Shown: positions 1-9,089, counted from the stretch's first letter. The stretch: 64,000 bases of DNA from Dehalococcoidia bacterium (GCA_965203985.1 CBDBDS010000013.1:517802-581801), one strand, 5' to 3'. Notes: generated by a model not told the origin, from the sequence alone. A program made the numbers and translations.

Positions 1-296
1 CCGCCCAGGGCCTTGCCGATGAGGTAGTCACCGTCGCGGCCGACGATCTCGAAGCCGGGATGGTCCATGTGGGCCATCAGGGCGATGGGCGGGTGTTGGT
101 CGGCATCCGTGCCGGCGATGCGGGCGATGATGTTGCCGAAGTCGTCCGTGCGCCAGGACACGCCGATCTCGGTCAGCGCGTCACGGACGGCGGTGGCGAC
201 GCCTTGCTCGTGAAAGGCCACGGCCGGCTGCGCCCCCAGGCGGGCCAGGAAGTCCAGGGCACGGGCGTTGTAGTCGTCAAGGTTGGTGGTATTCAA
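1..296 (-). CDS. M42/M20-type metallopeptidase, N-terminal fragment (gene continues beyond window start)
   Basis: Own minus-strand translation from TTG at 296 (GAGGT about 7 nt upstream): MNTTNLDDYNARALDFLARLG...PIALMAHMDHPGFEIVGRDGDYLIGKALGG. The AHMDxxGF metal-ligand motif matches M42 aminopeptidase/FrvX-like enzymes. Absent from the ORF track because it is truncated at the window edge. Confidence 0.5.
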   Translation of the reverse strand, partial: MNTTNLDDYNARALDFLARLGAQPAVAFHEQGVATAVRDALTEIGVSWRTDDFGNIIARIAGTDADQHPPIALMAHMDHPGFEIVGRDGDYLIGKALG

Positions 297-301
297 GATA
301 G

Positions 302-859
302 TTACCTCTGCCAGCGAAACAGGCTCCATACCGGAGCGGTGAAGTCGGGGAGCAGGTCTCCCCCGTCGATGGTGTCGTCCCCGCCCAACTCCAAGGGCTC
401 GGTGTCGGGACGGTAGACGGTAATGGTGGTGGTGTCGGGGTCGGCCACCCAGACCAGCCGGGTGCCGAAGCTGAGCCACATCTCGGCCTTGCGGCGCAGT
501 TCGGGGAATACATCGAGGTGTGATTTCACCTCAACAATCAGATCGGGCGCGAGGTTGTGATAACCGGCGGTTCCTTCAGGTATGCGGCCGGGGGCGACCC
601 AGGTCACATCGGGCGCGCGGACGGTGTCAGGTTCTATTTCCAGCAGGTAGCCAGGGTCACCCGCAGCCACTTCCCCATAGTCGCGTGAAAAGACAAACGT
701 GCCCAACACTGTTGCGGTCATGGCGACCACGGCAGCCTTTGCATCGCCGCTGGCTGGCCGCTCGATCAATTCTCCGCGGATGAGTTTGTACCTGGTGCCG
801 TAGCCTTTCGGCATTGCCAGCAGTTCGTCGGCAGTGATCGGCTTGCGTGCGGTGGTCAT
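302..859 (-). CDS. Uma2 family endonuclease (DUF820, PD-(D/E)XK fold)
   Basis: ORF 302..922, with the start moved to the internal ATG (MTTARKPITADELLAMP...). Typical Uma2 features: N-terminal ITADELLAMP, core APDLIVEVKS, C-terminal GGDLLPDF. Confidence 0.8.
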   Translation of the reverse strand: MTTARKPITADELLAMPKGYGTRYKLIRGELIERPASGDAKAAVVAMTATVLGTFVFSRDYGEVAAGDPGYLLEIEPDTVRAPDVTWVAPGRIPEGTAGYHNLAPDLIVEVKSHLDVFPELRRKAEMWLSFGTRLVWVADPDTTTITVYRPDTEPLELGGDDTIDGGDLLPDFTAPVWSLFRWQR

Positions 860-1046
860 GTTGCTTTCTCCAACCAGATGTCGGGGCAACTCCATTCTCC
901 CACCGCAGTATACGTCAGGCAAACGGCCGACACCCGCCGGATGCTATACTGCGGCGCGTATATTTTTACCCTGCAAATCCGCCGTCGCGGCGGACCGGAG
1001 GTGCGCCGTGCTGCCCAAGTTTCGTGTGAGTCTGGACGAGGCTACG

Positions 1047-2084
1047 ATGGTTCCCGGGGAGGACCTGAAGTCCACCGTCGCCGCCGTTTTCGAGAAGATG
1101 GGCGTGCCGCCCGAGGACGCGCAGTTGGGCGCCGACGTGCTGGTGGTGGCCGACCTGCGCGGCGTCGACTCTCACGGAGTCTCCAACATGCTGCGCAGCT
1201 ACGTCAGCGGCTACACCAGCGGGCAGATCAACCCCAACCCCAACATGCAGATTGTCCGCGAGACCCCCAGCACGGCCAGCATCGACTCCGACCGCGGCCT
1301 GGGCATCATCACCACGCCCAAGGCCATGGACATCGCCATCCGCAAGGCCGCCGAGGTGGGCGTGGGCATGGTGACCATCGGCAACGCGCGGCACCTGGGC
1401 ATGGCGTCCTACCACGCCATGATGGCCCTGGAGCACGACATGATCGGCGTGTGCATGACCAGCTGTCCGCCGTCCGTCGTGCCGACCTTCGGCGCGGAGC
1501 CGCGCCTGGGTACCAACCCCATCGCCATCGCCGTGCCGTCACGCAACGAGGCGCCCTTCGTGTTCGACGCCGCCACCAGCACGGTGGCCGGCAACAAGGT
1601 GGGCATCGCTCGCCGCCTGGGCGTCAAGCTGGAGCCGGGCTGGCTGGCCGACGCCGAGGGCAACCCCATCATGGAGGAGGCCGACGCGCCGGACAACTAC
1701 ACCCTGCTCACCCTGGGCAGCACCCGCGAGCTGGGCTCACACAAGGGCTACGGCCTGTCCTGCATGGTGGACATCCTGGCCGGCGTGCTCACCGGGTTCG
1801 GGTACGGCGCGGTTCCCGGCCGGCCCAACTTCGGCCACTACGTCGCCGCTTACAACGTAGCCGGCTTCGACGACCCCGACCACTTCAAGGACCAGATGGA
1901 CGAGTGGCTACAGATGATGAAGTCCACCCGCCCGGCCCCCGGCGAGGAGCGGGTCATGGTTGCCGGCCAGCCCGAGGCCGAGATGGAGGAGATCCGCCGG
2001 GTCGAGGGCATCCCCCTGCACCAGGAGGTGGTGGACTGGTTCCACGACACCTGCGGGGAGCTGGGGATCGACTGCCCGTTCTAA
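1047..2084 (+). CDS. Ldh_2 family oxidoreductase (malate/L-lactate/ureidoglycolate dehydrogenase type 2)
   Basis: ORF 834..2084; ATG 1047 (alternative GTG 1008). Motifs ADLRGVDSHGVSN, GTNPIAIAVP and GSHKGYGL are typical of the family. Confidence 0.8.
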   Translation: MVPGEDLKSTVAAVFEKMGVPPEDAQLGADVLVVADLRGVDSHGVSNMLRSYVSGYTSGQINPNPNMQIVRETPSTASIDSDRGLGIITTPKAMDIAIRKAAEVGVGMVTIGNARHLGMASYHAMMALEHDMIGVCMTSCPPSVVPTFGAEPRLGTNPIAIAVPSRNEAPFVFDAATSTVAGNKVGIARRLGVKLEPGWLADAEGNPIMEEADAPDNYTLLTLGSTRELGSHKGYGLSCMVDILAGVLTGFGYGAVPGRPNFGHYVAAYNVAGFDDPDHFKDQMDEWLQMMKSTRPAPGEERVMVAGQPEAEMEEIRRVEGIPLHQEVVDWFHDTCGELGIDCPF

Positions 2085-2114
2085 TCGGCTGTCCGCTCTA
2101 GTGGGTAGCCTGTA

Positions 2115-2351
2115 TCAGATATTGGTGAACCACAAGCAGGTGACGGTGTTGGTCACGCCGTTAATGGGGCGGATCCGGTGGCGCATGATCTCGGTGAGAT
2201 CCTCCACCGTTCCCGCCTCCAGTTCGACCACCATGTCGTAGGGGCCCAGCACCTCGCGAACCGCGGCTCCGCTGATGGTGTTCAAGCGGTCGAGAACCTC
2301 CTGGGTCCGGGCGGGTTCCACGTTGACCAGTACGTATGCGTTTGCCGCCAT
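2115..2351 (-). CDS. Lrp/AsnC ligand-binding-domain protein (stand-alone, no HTH)
   Basis: 78 aa: MAANAYVLVNVEPARTQEVLDRLNTISGAAVREVLGPYDMVVELEAGTVEDLTEIM..., the AsnC_trans_reg-type domain pattern. Confidence 0.7.
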   Translation of the reverse strand: MAANAYVLVNVEPARTQEVLDRLNTISGAAVREVLGPYDMVVELEAGTVEDLTEIMRHRIRPINGVTNTVTCLWFTNI

Positions 2352-2507
2352 AGCAGCACCTCCATGCGGATGATGTTTTTATCGTAACATTGCGTTGAGA
2401 TTTGCTCATTCATGCCCCTCGCGGCTTCGCGGCACAATGAACACGCCCCCGGCACTTGTCGGGGCGTTTCGATTTTGGACCACGCATGCCCGTGTGCGCG
2501 GACCAGG

Positions 2508-3113
2508 TCAGAGATTGCGGTCCAATATCCGCGTGATCCTTTTGAAACTGGGCAGATGCTGTTCAAGGATTTGTGGGTCAAGTTTGCCCAACAGTTCAAA
2601 TGATTTCGGAACTTTACCGTATGACCAAGCACAATCGCGGCTGGCGTTTCGCAAGGCATTCAAGATGTCATGGCGATACCGTTGTTCCATGTTCTGAACT
2701 GAGGGGAGCGCGGATTCCCGAAATCCAGGGCCGAAATGTGTGGCCAACATGTTGCGGTCCGCGACCATCCAAGTCTCCATCGACGTGGTCATGAATAGAA
2801 GCTGTTCGTCATCTGCGCCGTTGGGCCTTGTCCAGTTATCACCCGACCGTTGGGAGACGTGTTGCCACGTTTGCGCCGGGTCAGCTACCGGCTCCTCGCT
2901 GTCGACGAGCAGGCCGATAAAGTTGCCACGAGAGGCTTGCGAATGGGCCGTTTTGAAGTCGTCGTAGGCATCATTGCGTGGGCCACAGGCCACCAACGCC
3001 GGCATCCGACCCATAAATCCGCATTTTTCAAACAGCTTGCGGAACCCTTCGCGGCACCTGACCTTGCCTTCTTTCGAATTGCCGCCGCCCTCGATATAGA
3101 TGCGAGCGCTCAC
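2508..3113 (-). CDS. DUF4276 family protein (Toprim-like), partner of ATPase 3110..4288
   Basis: 201 aa with a GTG start overlapping the upstream stop (GTGA). Hallmarks: IYIEGGGNSKE, LLVDSEEP, SMETWMVAD. Paralog of 23000..23656. Confidence 0.75.
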   Translation of the reverse strand: MSARIYIEGGGNSKEGKVRCREGFRKLFEKCGFMGRMPALVACGPRNDAYDDFKTAHSQASRGNFIGLLVDSEEPVADPAQTWQHVSQRSGDNWTRPNGADDEQLLFMTTSMETWMVADRNMLATHFGPGFRESALPSVQNMEQRYRHDILNALRNASRDCAWSYGKVPKSFELLGKLDPQILEQHLPSFKRITRILDRNL

Positions 3114-4288
3114 CAGCGAACGCCTCCGATCTCACCGCGGGTCCACAACTCGCCCAGGCGGTACTTCTCAAGCCACACAGCCAGATCGGACCGGTCCAAG
3201 CGGCGCATGGAAGTCTGGCCGTCGTGCTTTTCGCACACGACGACCGACTCCGGTCGGTCGGTGAGGGCGTCGACGAGGATGTCAGAGTGGGTGGTGACGA
3301 TCACCTGGCAACGGGTGGAAGCGTCCACCAGCAGGTCGGCCAGCTTGGGTATCAGATCGGGGTGGAACCCGAGCTCCGGCTCCTCAATACACACGAGGCT
3401 CGGCGGTTCCGGATCGAGCAGTATCGCCAGCAGGCACAGGTAGCGCAGGCTGCCGTCGGAGAGACGGGTTGCCGGTATGGAGAATTCGCCTTCAGTGAAG
3501 AATATTTGAACGGTGCCACCTTCGATGTTCAGTTCAAAGTCCCTGAGACCGGCATAGAGATCGCCCAATCTATCGAACAGTTCGGTCTTGGGCTGAGGAT
3601 GTTGCCTGAACCGATTCAGGAACATGCCCAAATTAGAAAAATCTTCGACCAGCGGGCTTGGCCTGACGTCAATACGCTGCGGATGCCTGATCACGGCTTT
3701 TGGCCCAAATTCCCACTGTCTATACAAGCTGATGCGTTCGTAAAAGTCTGTGATCGTTGATAGCTCTGGAAACTGAACCCTATCTTTGACCTCCGACAGA
3801 ATTGACTTGTCACGTTCAATTTGTCGCTCTTCTGCATTTGGTTCATCATGGCCCGAAGATGTCGTTCTAGTAGCATTTTGCCAGTGGCGCTTCCAAGCGA
3901 ATTCAGCCGCGCCATTTCCGCCGCTACTCAAAGAGAACTGTACGTCTTCCTGCCATACTATCGACATTTGACCGGATCCAATTAGCGACACGCTGTGAGA
4001 CAGGTTACAGGCCACAGGACTAGCGTTTAGGCAGGCTTCGACCGATGCTACCGGCCTGCTGCGCTCGCCGTGCCATATCCAGTCCCCGATGCCACCACTT
4101 TCCCGTATCGGTGCCACGATATCTTGGGGAGCTGCTTTCAGCAGCCCCACCGTTTCCAGCAGGTTCGACTTCCCCGACCCGTTAGGCCCTATCAGCACGG
4201 TCAACGCAGGCAGCTCAAGGTCTATGCCCTCCGGCCCGAAGGACAGAAGGTTTTGCGCCTTGATCCTGGTTAGCATTGGTAGCGTCAT
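3110..4288 (-). CDS. ABC/SMC-like ATPase (AAA_21-type)
   Basis: Walker A GPNGSGKS, signature-like LSDGSLRYL, Walker B LVCIEEPELGFHP, H-loop TTHS, C-terminal LGELWTRGEIGG. Confidence 0.85.
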   Translation of the reverse strand: MTLPMLTRIKAQNLLSFGPEGIDLELPALTVLIGPNGSGKSNLLETVGLLKAAPQDIVAPIRESGGIGDWIWHGERSRPVASVEACLNASPVACNLSHSVSLIGSGQMSIVWQEDVQFSLSSGGNGAAEFAWKRHWQNATRTTSSGHDEPNAEERQIERDKSILSEVKDRVQFPELSTITDFYERISLYRQWEFGPKAVIRHPQRIDVRPSPLVEDFSNLGMFLNRFRQHPQPKTELFDRLGDLYAGLRDFELNIEGGTVQIFFTEGEFSIPATRLSDGSLRYLCLLAILLDPEPPSLVCIEEPELGFHPDLIPKLADLLVDASTRCQVIVTTHSDILVDALTDRPESVVVCEKHDGQTSMRRLDRSDLAVWLEKYRLGELWTRGEIGGVRW

Positions 4289-4358
4289 GGCCGCTCCACG
4301 GTGAGGATTACCACCTCTCCAATTTTACTTGATACGCCCTTGGCGCCGCCTCGCCCCA

Positions 4359-5486
4359 TCACTCCTTCAGCGCCGGTATCACCTCTTTGCCGAACAGTTC
4401 TATGGAGCGCATGGTGTCGGCGTGGGAAAGCTGGCCGCCCTGGGCTTCCAGCAGGATGGAGCCGATGCCCAGCTCGTCGCGGATGTGGCGCAGCTTCTTG
4501 ATGACGGTGTCGGGGCTGCCCACCACCAGGTGGTAGCGGTCCTGCAGTTCCTGGTACGACATCTCGTTCAGGGGCGTGGGTCGGCGGGCGGCCGCCGCGG
4601 CCGCGCCGGCCCGGGACGTGTAGCCAGGGGGCGACCAGTATTCGCGGGGGCCGCGCAGGGGGTAGTTCATCCGCCAGAGGAACGCCTTGCCCGCCTCCTG
4701 CGCCTTCTCGTCGGTGTCGTTGACGTGGGCGCAGATCATGAAGGCGAACTTCTCGGGGCCGGGCTCCCAGCCGTCGGCCGCGGCGTACTCACGGTAGCGG
4801 GCGAACAGGTTCTTGGCGACCTCCAGGGGCGTCAGGAAGGCCGCGTAGGTGTAGCGGTGCCGCGCCGTCCAGGCCACGGTCTCGGGGCTGCCGGTGCCGG
4901 GGACCCACACCGGCGGGTGTGGCTTCTGGATGGGCAGCATCCACGGGTTCACCGCGCGGTAGTGGTAGTGGTTGCCCTCCCAGCGGAAGGGGCCGGGCGT
5001 GGTCCAGGTCTTCACCACCAGGTCGTGGCACTCCTCGAAGCGTTCGCGGTTGTGGATGGGGTTGGTGTTGTTGGCCCAGGACTCGATGCCGATGCCGCGC
5101 ACGAAACCGGAGATGATGCGCCCGCCGGAGATCACGTCCAGCAGGGCGATCTCCTCGGCCAGCCGCACCGGGTTGTCGGACGTGGGCAGCATGTTGCCCA
5201 GCATCAGAATCTTGGCCCGCTTGGTGATGCGCGCCAGGATGCCGCCGGTGATGTTGACCTCAACGTCCATGCACGACGGCGTGTTGTGGTGCTCGTTGAG
5301 CATCAGGCCGTCGAAGCCCATCTCCTCGGCGTGCTGGTACTCGTCCAGGTACCGGTTCATCAGACCGCTGGCGGTTTGGGGGTCGAAGTAGGTGTTGGGG
5401 AAGGTGAGCCGCATGGACGGGAACTTCTCCGCCTCCGACTCCGGGAACTCAGCGTAGGGCATCTCGGTGAAGTAGAAAACGTCCAT
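4359..5486 (-). CDS. LLM class flavin-dependent oxidoreductase (luciferase-like monooxygenase)
   Basis: 375 aa: FDGLMLNEHHNTP, LLDVISGGRIISGF, PHPPVWVPGTGSPETV; typical LLM family layout. Confidence 0.85.
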   Translation of the reverse strand: MDVFYFTEMPYAEFPESEAEKFPSMRLTFPNTYFDPQTASGLMNRYLDEYQHAEEMGFDGLMLNEHHNTPSCMDVEVNITGGILARITKRAKILMLGNMLPTSDNPVRLAEEIALLDVISGGRIISGFVRGIGIESWANNTNPIHNRERFEECHDLVVKTWTTPGPFRWEGNHYHYRAVNPWMLPIQKPHPPVWVPGTGSPETVAWTARHRYTYAAFLTPLEVAKNLFARYREYAAADGWEPGPEKFAFMICAHVNDTDEKAQEAGKAFLWRMNYPLRGPREYWSPPGYTSRAGAAAAAARRPTPLNEMSYQELQDRYHLVVGSPDTVIKKLRHIRDELGIGSILLEAQGGQLSHADTMRSIELFGKEVIPALKE

Positions 5487-5507
5487 CAGGTTGCCTCCTG
5501 CTTGGTG

Positions 5508-6089
5508 TCAGTCGTAGGCGCCGCCGTTTCGCACTGTGGCTAGAAAGCCGGCGAAACTGGGGCTCCGTTGGGCGATGGTCTGCGCGTCCAAAACTCTGGC
5601 AATCTCCTCAGAGACCAGAGCGGTATAACGCCGGCTGGCCAGTAAGTGCTTAAGATGCTCTTTCGGGTTTTCAATGTCGTCCGGACTGGACGGGTCTACG
5701 CTACCTAACGACCGGCCATGGAAAAATTCACGCAATCCCTGGGCGTCGGCGAAGTACCATGCTTCCAAATGCCACCTTGCATAGGCGTACAAAATCGCTG
5801 TTTCAAAGTGTTCTCCCAGACGCTGGGACAAGCCGGAACGTATCGGCTGTAGAACCGCCTCTGGCGGCTTGCCATCGGTGTCAGACAACACAACGTACTT
5901 GTCCGGAGTTGGAGGGACGTAACGTTCGCTTTGGATTATGTTATACACCTCGTTGGCCGTGACCGGACGGTCTTTGGGCGGGATGCGGACATCGATCGCG
6001 ATGCCGTGACTTTGCAGGTGCGCCGTCAAATGCGGCAGCGCCAATCGCTCCGTATTGCCGGAGGCTATAACCAATACGCGCTTGGGCAC
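5508..6089 (-). CDS. DUF4276-like (Toprim-like) protein, partner of ATPase 6095..7225
   Basis: 193 aa, GTG start. VLVIASGNTERLALP (early Glu), VVLSDTDGKP (acidic cluster), HLEAWYFADAQGL (same E-x-W-x-x-AD motif as the two clear DUF4276 proteins). Confidence 0.6.
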   Translation of the reverse strand: MPKRVLVIASGNTERLALPHLTAHLQSHGIAIDVRIPPKDRPVTANEVYNIIQSERYVPPTPDKYVVLSDTDGKPPEAVLQPIRSGLSQRLGEHFETAILYAYARWHLEAWYFADAQGLREFFHGRSLGSVDPSSPDDIENPKEHLKHLLASRRYTALVSEEIARVLDAQTIAQRSPSFAGFLATVRNGGAYD

Positions 6090-6094
6090 CGGCT

Positions 6095-7225
6095 TCAGCC
6101 TCCGAACCCTCTGGTTTCGTGATACTCGCCCAAACCAAACCCGGACGCCTCCAGGGCTTTCCGCACGCCTTCCGGGTTGCCTTCTTTATGAACGATGGTG
6201 CCCAGATTTTTGTCGCGTTTGACTACGTTCACCGCCGCCGGTTCATCCAGGTAACTGAGCAGCAAAGGCGAGTGCGTTGTAAGTAGCATCTGATGGCGGC
6301 CTTGCGCCCCTGCAATGTGCTGGGCGAAATTGAACAGCGCCAAAGGGTGAAGGTAGTTCTCCGGTTCTTCTATCCCAATGAGCTTAGTTTCCGGATGGCC
6401 GTAGAGAGCGGTCATCAGCGCCAGCACGCGCAACGTCCCGCTGGAAACTCCCATCTGGTTCACCGGATAATGCAGTCCGGGTTCATCCTGTACGAAATAG
6501 AAGCGGTCTTCGGACTCTCTCGGCTCGATCCGGTCTGGAAGCCCAACTATGGAACGGGTCGCATCCACTACCCGGTCGAAAATCTCCGGTGATAAACGCT
6601 CCAGAGCATATAGTGTCTCGCCGAGATTTCTCCCATAAGGGTCAACCCCCCCGGAATCGGGCAAGTTCCAGTCTCGCCGCAGCAGGAAGGGGCTGGGGTC
6701 GAAGAAACCCCATCTCCCGACGAACTCCGCGACTTGGCGAGCCGGGAAAGATGCATCTACCGCCGCCGCGGCAAGAGCGCAATCCATCGGCTCTTGCAAC
6801 AAGTTCACCCGTTCCCCTTTTACTCCAGACCGCCACCAGCCCTGACCGGATTCGGCGCTGAGCAACTCTATCGGCGGATAGCCGCTGGGCGTTTCATGGA
6901 CTCGCTCTACGACAGAAAAGTCGTAAGATTGCCTGGCCAGCCGCACGTTCCACTCATAGCGCCTATCACTATCTTCGAATGTCACGGTCAATTCAACCTG
7001 GCCGGCTTCCTGCCCCTTCCAGGCCAGATTGAGCATACCGCCGCGCGAGAACATCGGCCCGCGAAAATCGCGCGCCCGGACGGCCTCGCTGAGCAAGCGC
7101 AGCGCGTCCAGGATGGCGCTTTTCCCGGTAGCGTTGGCGCCGATGAACACCGCGAGATCACCCAACTCAACCGTGGCGTCACGAATGCTGCGGTAGTTTT
7201 TTATGGTGAGCGTCGAGAGTTTCAT
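6095..7225 (-). CDS. ABC/SMC-like ATPase (AAA_21-type), divergent from 3110..4288
   Basis: Walker A GANATGKS, signature-like VSSGTLRVL, Walker B LIGIEEPENYLHP, H-loop TTHS. Confidence 0.8.
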   Translation of the reverse strand: MKLSTLTIKNYRSIRDATVELGDLAVFIGANATGKSAILDALRLLSEAVRARDFRGPMFSRGGMLNLAWKGQEAGQVELTVTFEDSDRRYEWNVRLARQSYDFSVVERVHETPSGYPPIELLSAESGQGWWRSGVKGERVNLLQEPMDCALAAAAVDASFPARQVAEFVGRWGFFDPSPFLLRRDWNLPDSGGVDPYGRNLGETLYALERLSPEIFDRVVDATRSIVGLPDRIEPRESEDRFYFVQDEPGLHYPVNQMGVSSGTLRVLALMTALYGHPETKLIGIEEPENYLHPLALFNFAQHIAGAQGRHQMLLTTHSPLLLSYLDEPAAVNVVKRDKNLGTIVHKEGNPEGVRKALEASGFGLGEYHETRGFGG

Positions 7226-7448
7226 CGGCCGGCCCCTTCATCAGGGCGTTAATATTGAAACGGGAACTTGGCCGCAGTATAGCAGGCGCCAAAATAGTTC
7301 TTTGCCGTCCGCAGTTGGCAGGTATCCTGGTCTAGAGGCGGCATTGGCGGTCCCGCAGGAGTGGGGAAAAACTCTGGCATCGTACGGACACCCAAATTCG
7401 CACAGTTACCAGACGGCTGAACTCATGCGTACCCAGTTTCCTGCACTG

Positions 7449-7539
7449 GTCATTGCGAGCGCAGCGCGGCAATCTCGTGATGGCAACAAAGCCTCTTTCA
7501 GCAACGGGATCGCCACGTCGCCGCGCTCCTCGCGATGAC
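7449..7539. repeat. R1 palindromic intergenic repeat (about 91 bp), full copy 1
   Basis: gtcattgcgagcgcagcgcggcaatctcgt...acgggatcgccacgtcgccgcgctcctcgcgatgac. The two arms are imperfect inverted repeats, and the element is near-identical in architecture to 14152..14243. Confidence 0.8.
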
Positions 7540-7569
7540 AACCGGGTACGCGTGAGGGCGGCTGCATTG

Positions 7570-7598
7570 TTGACATCGATAGTGCATTGCAATACTTT
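7570..7598 (+). promoter_or_regulatory. Candidate sigma70-type promoter for the histidine kinase gene
   Basis: TTGACA (7570-7575), 17-nt spacer, TACTTT (7593-7598), about 70 nt upstream of ATG 7671. Pattern match only. Confidence 0.3.
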
Positions 7599-7670
7599 GT
7601 ATCGCCATAATGAAAGACTGCTTACGAGCGCAGGCTGCATAATGGATCCAGCAGTCGGGGGACGAAGGCG

Positions 7671-9089
7671 ATGAGCACACAGCAGGACCTTCAGCAGGAA
7701 GTGGCCCGCCTCACCGCGCTGCTGGCCGAGCGCGACCAGGAAGTCGCCTCCCTGCGCACCCGGCTCACCCTGGACGAGAGCGGACGCCGCGCGCCCATCG
7801 TGCGCGCCGACACCGGAGCGACCGACGTTGCCGGCTCCGAGACCTTCCACGAGGCGCTGCACGGCCTGGCCTTGGTTTCCCGGCTCCGGATCGGCGCCCA
7901 CCAGGCGGCCCTCAGCTACGTGCCCGACGGCGACTTCAAGGCGGCCATCCACACCCACTCCTTCTCCGAGAAGTACGCCCATTACAACGCCTACGACGTG
8001 ATGCCCACCGGCGACGGCATCTGGGGCCTGGTGGTCAAGACCCGGGCGCCGGTGCGGATGACCCGGGACGAACTCTATTCCCATCCGGAGTTCAAGCGCT
8101 TCAGCGACCTCAAGAACGGCCACGGGCTGGAACACCCGCCGCTGCCGGGCTGGCTGGCCGTCCCCGTCCTGCGCCGCGACGGCGGGCTCATCGGCGTGGT
8201 GCAGCTCAGCGACAAGTTCGAGGGCGAATTCGACCAGGCGGACGAGGACCAGCTGGTACAGCTGGCCAAGTTCTACACCGCCACCTTCGAGCTGCAGTAC
8301 GTGTACGAGGACCTGCGCCGGCTCACCGGCGCGCTGCGGCAGGCGACCCGGGAGCTGCAACGCTCCAACGCCGAGCTGGAGCAGTTCGCCTACGTGGCCT
8401 CCCACGACCTCCAGGAACCGCTGCGCATGGTCACCAGCTACCTGCAACTGCTGGAACGCCGCTACAAGGCCAACCTGGACCAGGACGCCAGCGACTTCAT
8501 CGCCTTCGCCGTGGACGGCGCCGCCCGGATGCAGACCCTCATCCAGGACCTGCTGACCTACTCCCGGGTGGGCACCCGGGGCGCATCCTTCGAGCCCACC
8601 GACTGCCCGGCGGTGCTGGAGCAGGTACTGCAAAACCTGGAGGTGGCTATCGCGGAGAGCGACACCGAGGTCAGCTCCGGGCCGCTGCCCAGCCTTTCCG
8701 CCGACGCCTCGCAGCTGGCGCAGTTGCTCCAGAACCTCATCGGCAACGCCATCAAGTTCCGGGGCGACAGCCCGCCCCGCGTCCGGGTCGATGCTACCCG
8801 GCGGGACGGCGACTGGCTCTTCTCAGTCCAGGACAACGGCATCGGCATCGACCCGCAGTACTCGGACCGCATCTTCCAGGTGTTCCAACGTCTTCATGGC
8901 ATCGGGCAGTACCCCGGCACCGGCATCGGCCTGGCCGTCTGCAAGAAGATCGTGGAACGGCACCACGGGAACATCTGGGTCGAATCCCAACCCGACGCCG
9001 GCGCGACCTTCTTCTTCACCATCCCCGTTGACCTCGATTCCATTCCCGACCCCGGACTGGCCGCCGTGCCGGGAGGGCCGGACGACTGA
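7671..9089 (+). CDS. GAF-domain sensor histidine kinase
   Basis: N-terminal coiled coil, GAF-like region, H-box FAYVASHDLQEPLR, N-box LQNLIGNAIKF, G1 DNGIGI, G2 GTGIGL. Confidence 0.85.
   Translation: MSTQQDLQQEVARLTALLAERDQEVASLRTRLTLDESGRRAPIVRADTGATDVAGSETFHEALHGLALVSRLRIGAHQAALSYVPDGDFKAAIHTHSFSEKYAHYNAYDVMPTGDGIWGLVVKTRAPVRMTRDELYSHPEFKRFSDLKNGHGLEHPPLPGWLAVPVLRRDGGLIGVVQLSDKFEGEFDQADEDQLVQLAKFYTATFELQYVYEDLRRLTGALRQATRELQRSNAELEQFAYVASHDLQEPLRMVTSYLQLLERRYKANLDQDASDFIAFAVDGAARMQTLIQDLLTYSRVGTRGASFEPTDCPAVLEQVLQNLEVAIAESDTEVSSGPLPSLSADASQLAQLLQNLIGNAIKFRGDSPPRVRVDATRRDGDWLFSVQDNGIGIDPQYSDRIFQVFQRLHGIGQYPGTGIGLAVCKKIVERHHGNIWVESQPDAGATFFFTIPVDLDSIPDPGLAAVPGGPDD

Noticed and set aside
4329-5543. 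404-aa plus-strand ORF covering the LLM oxidoreductase locus
   Set aside because: It is antisense to a well-supported LLM gene. Its Arg/Gly/Val/His-rich low-complexity composition is typical of shadow ORFs in high-GC DNA.
7332-8633. 433-aa minus-strand ORF opposite the histidine kinase
   Set aside because: It is antisense to a gene with clear H-box, N-box and G-box motifs. It has no motifs of its own and a biased Gly/Val/Ala/Leu composition.
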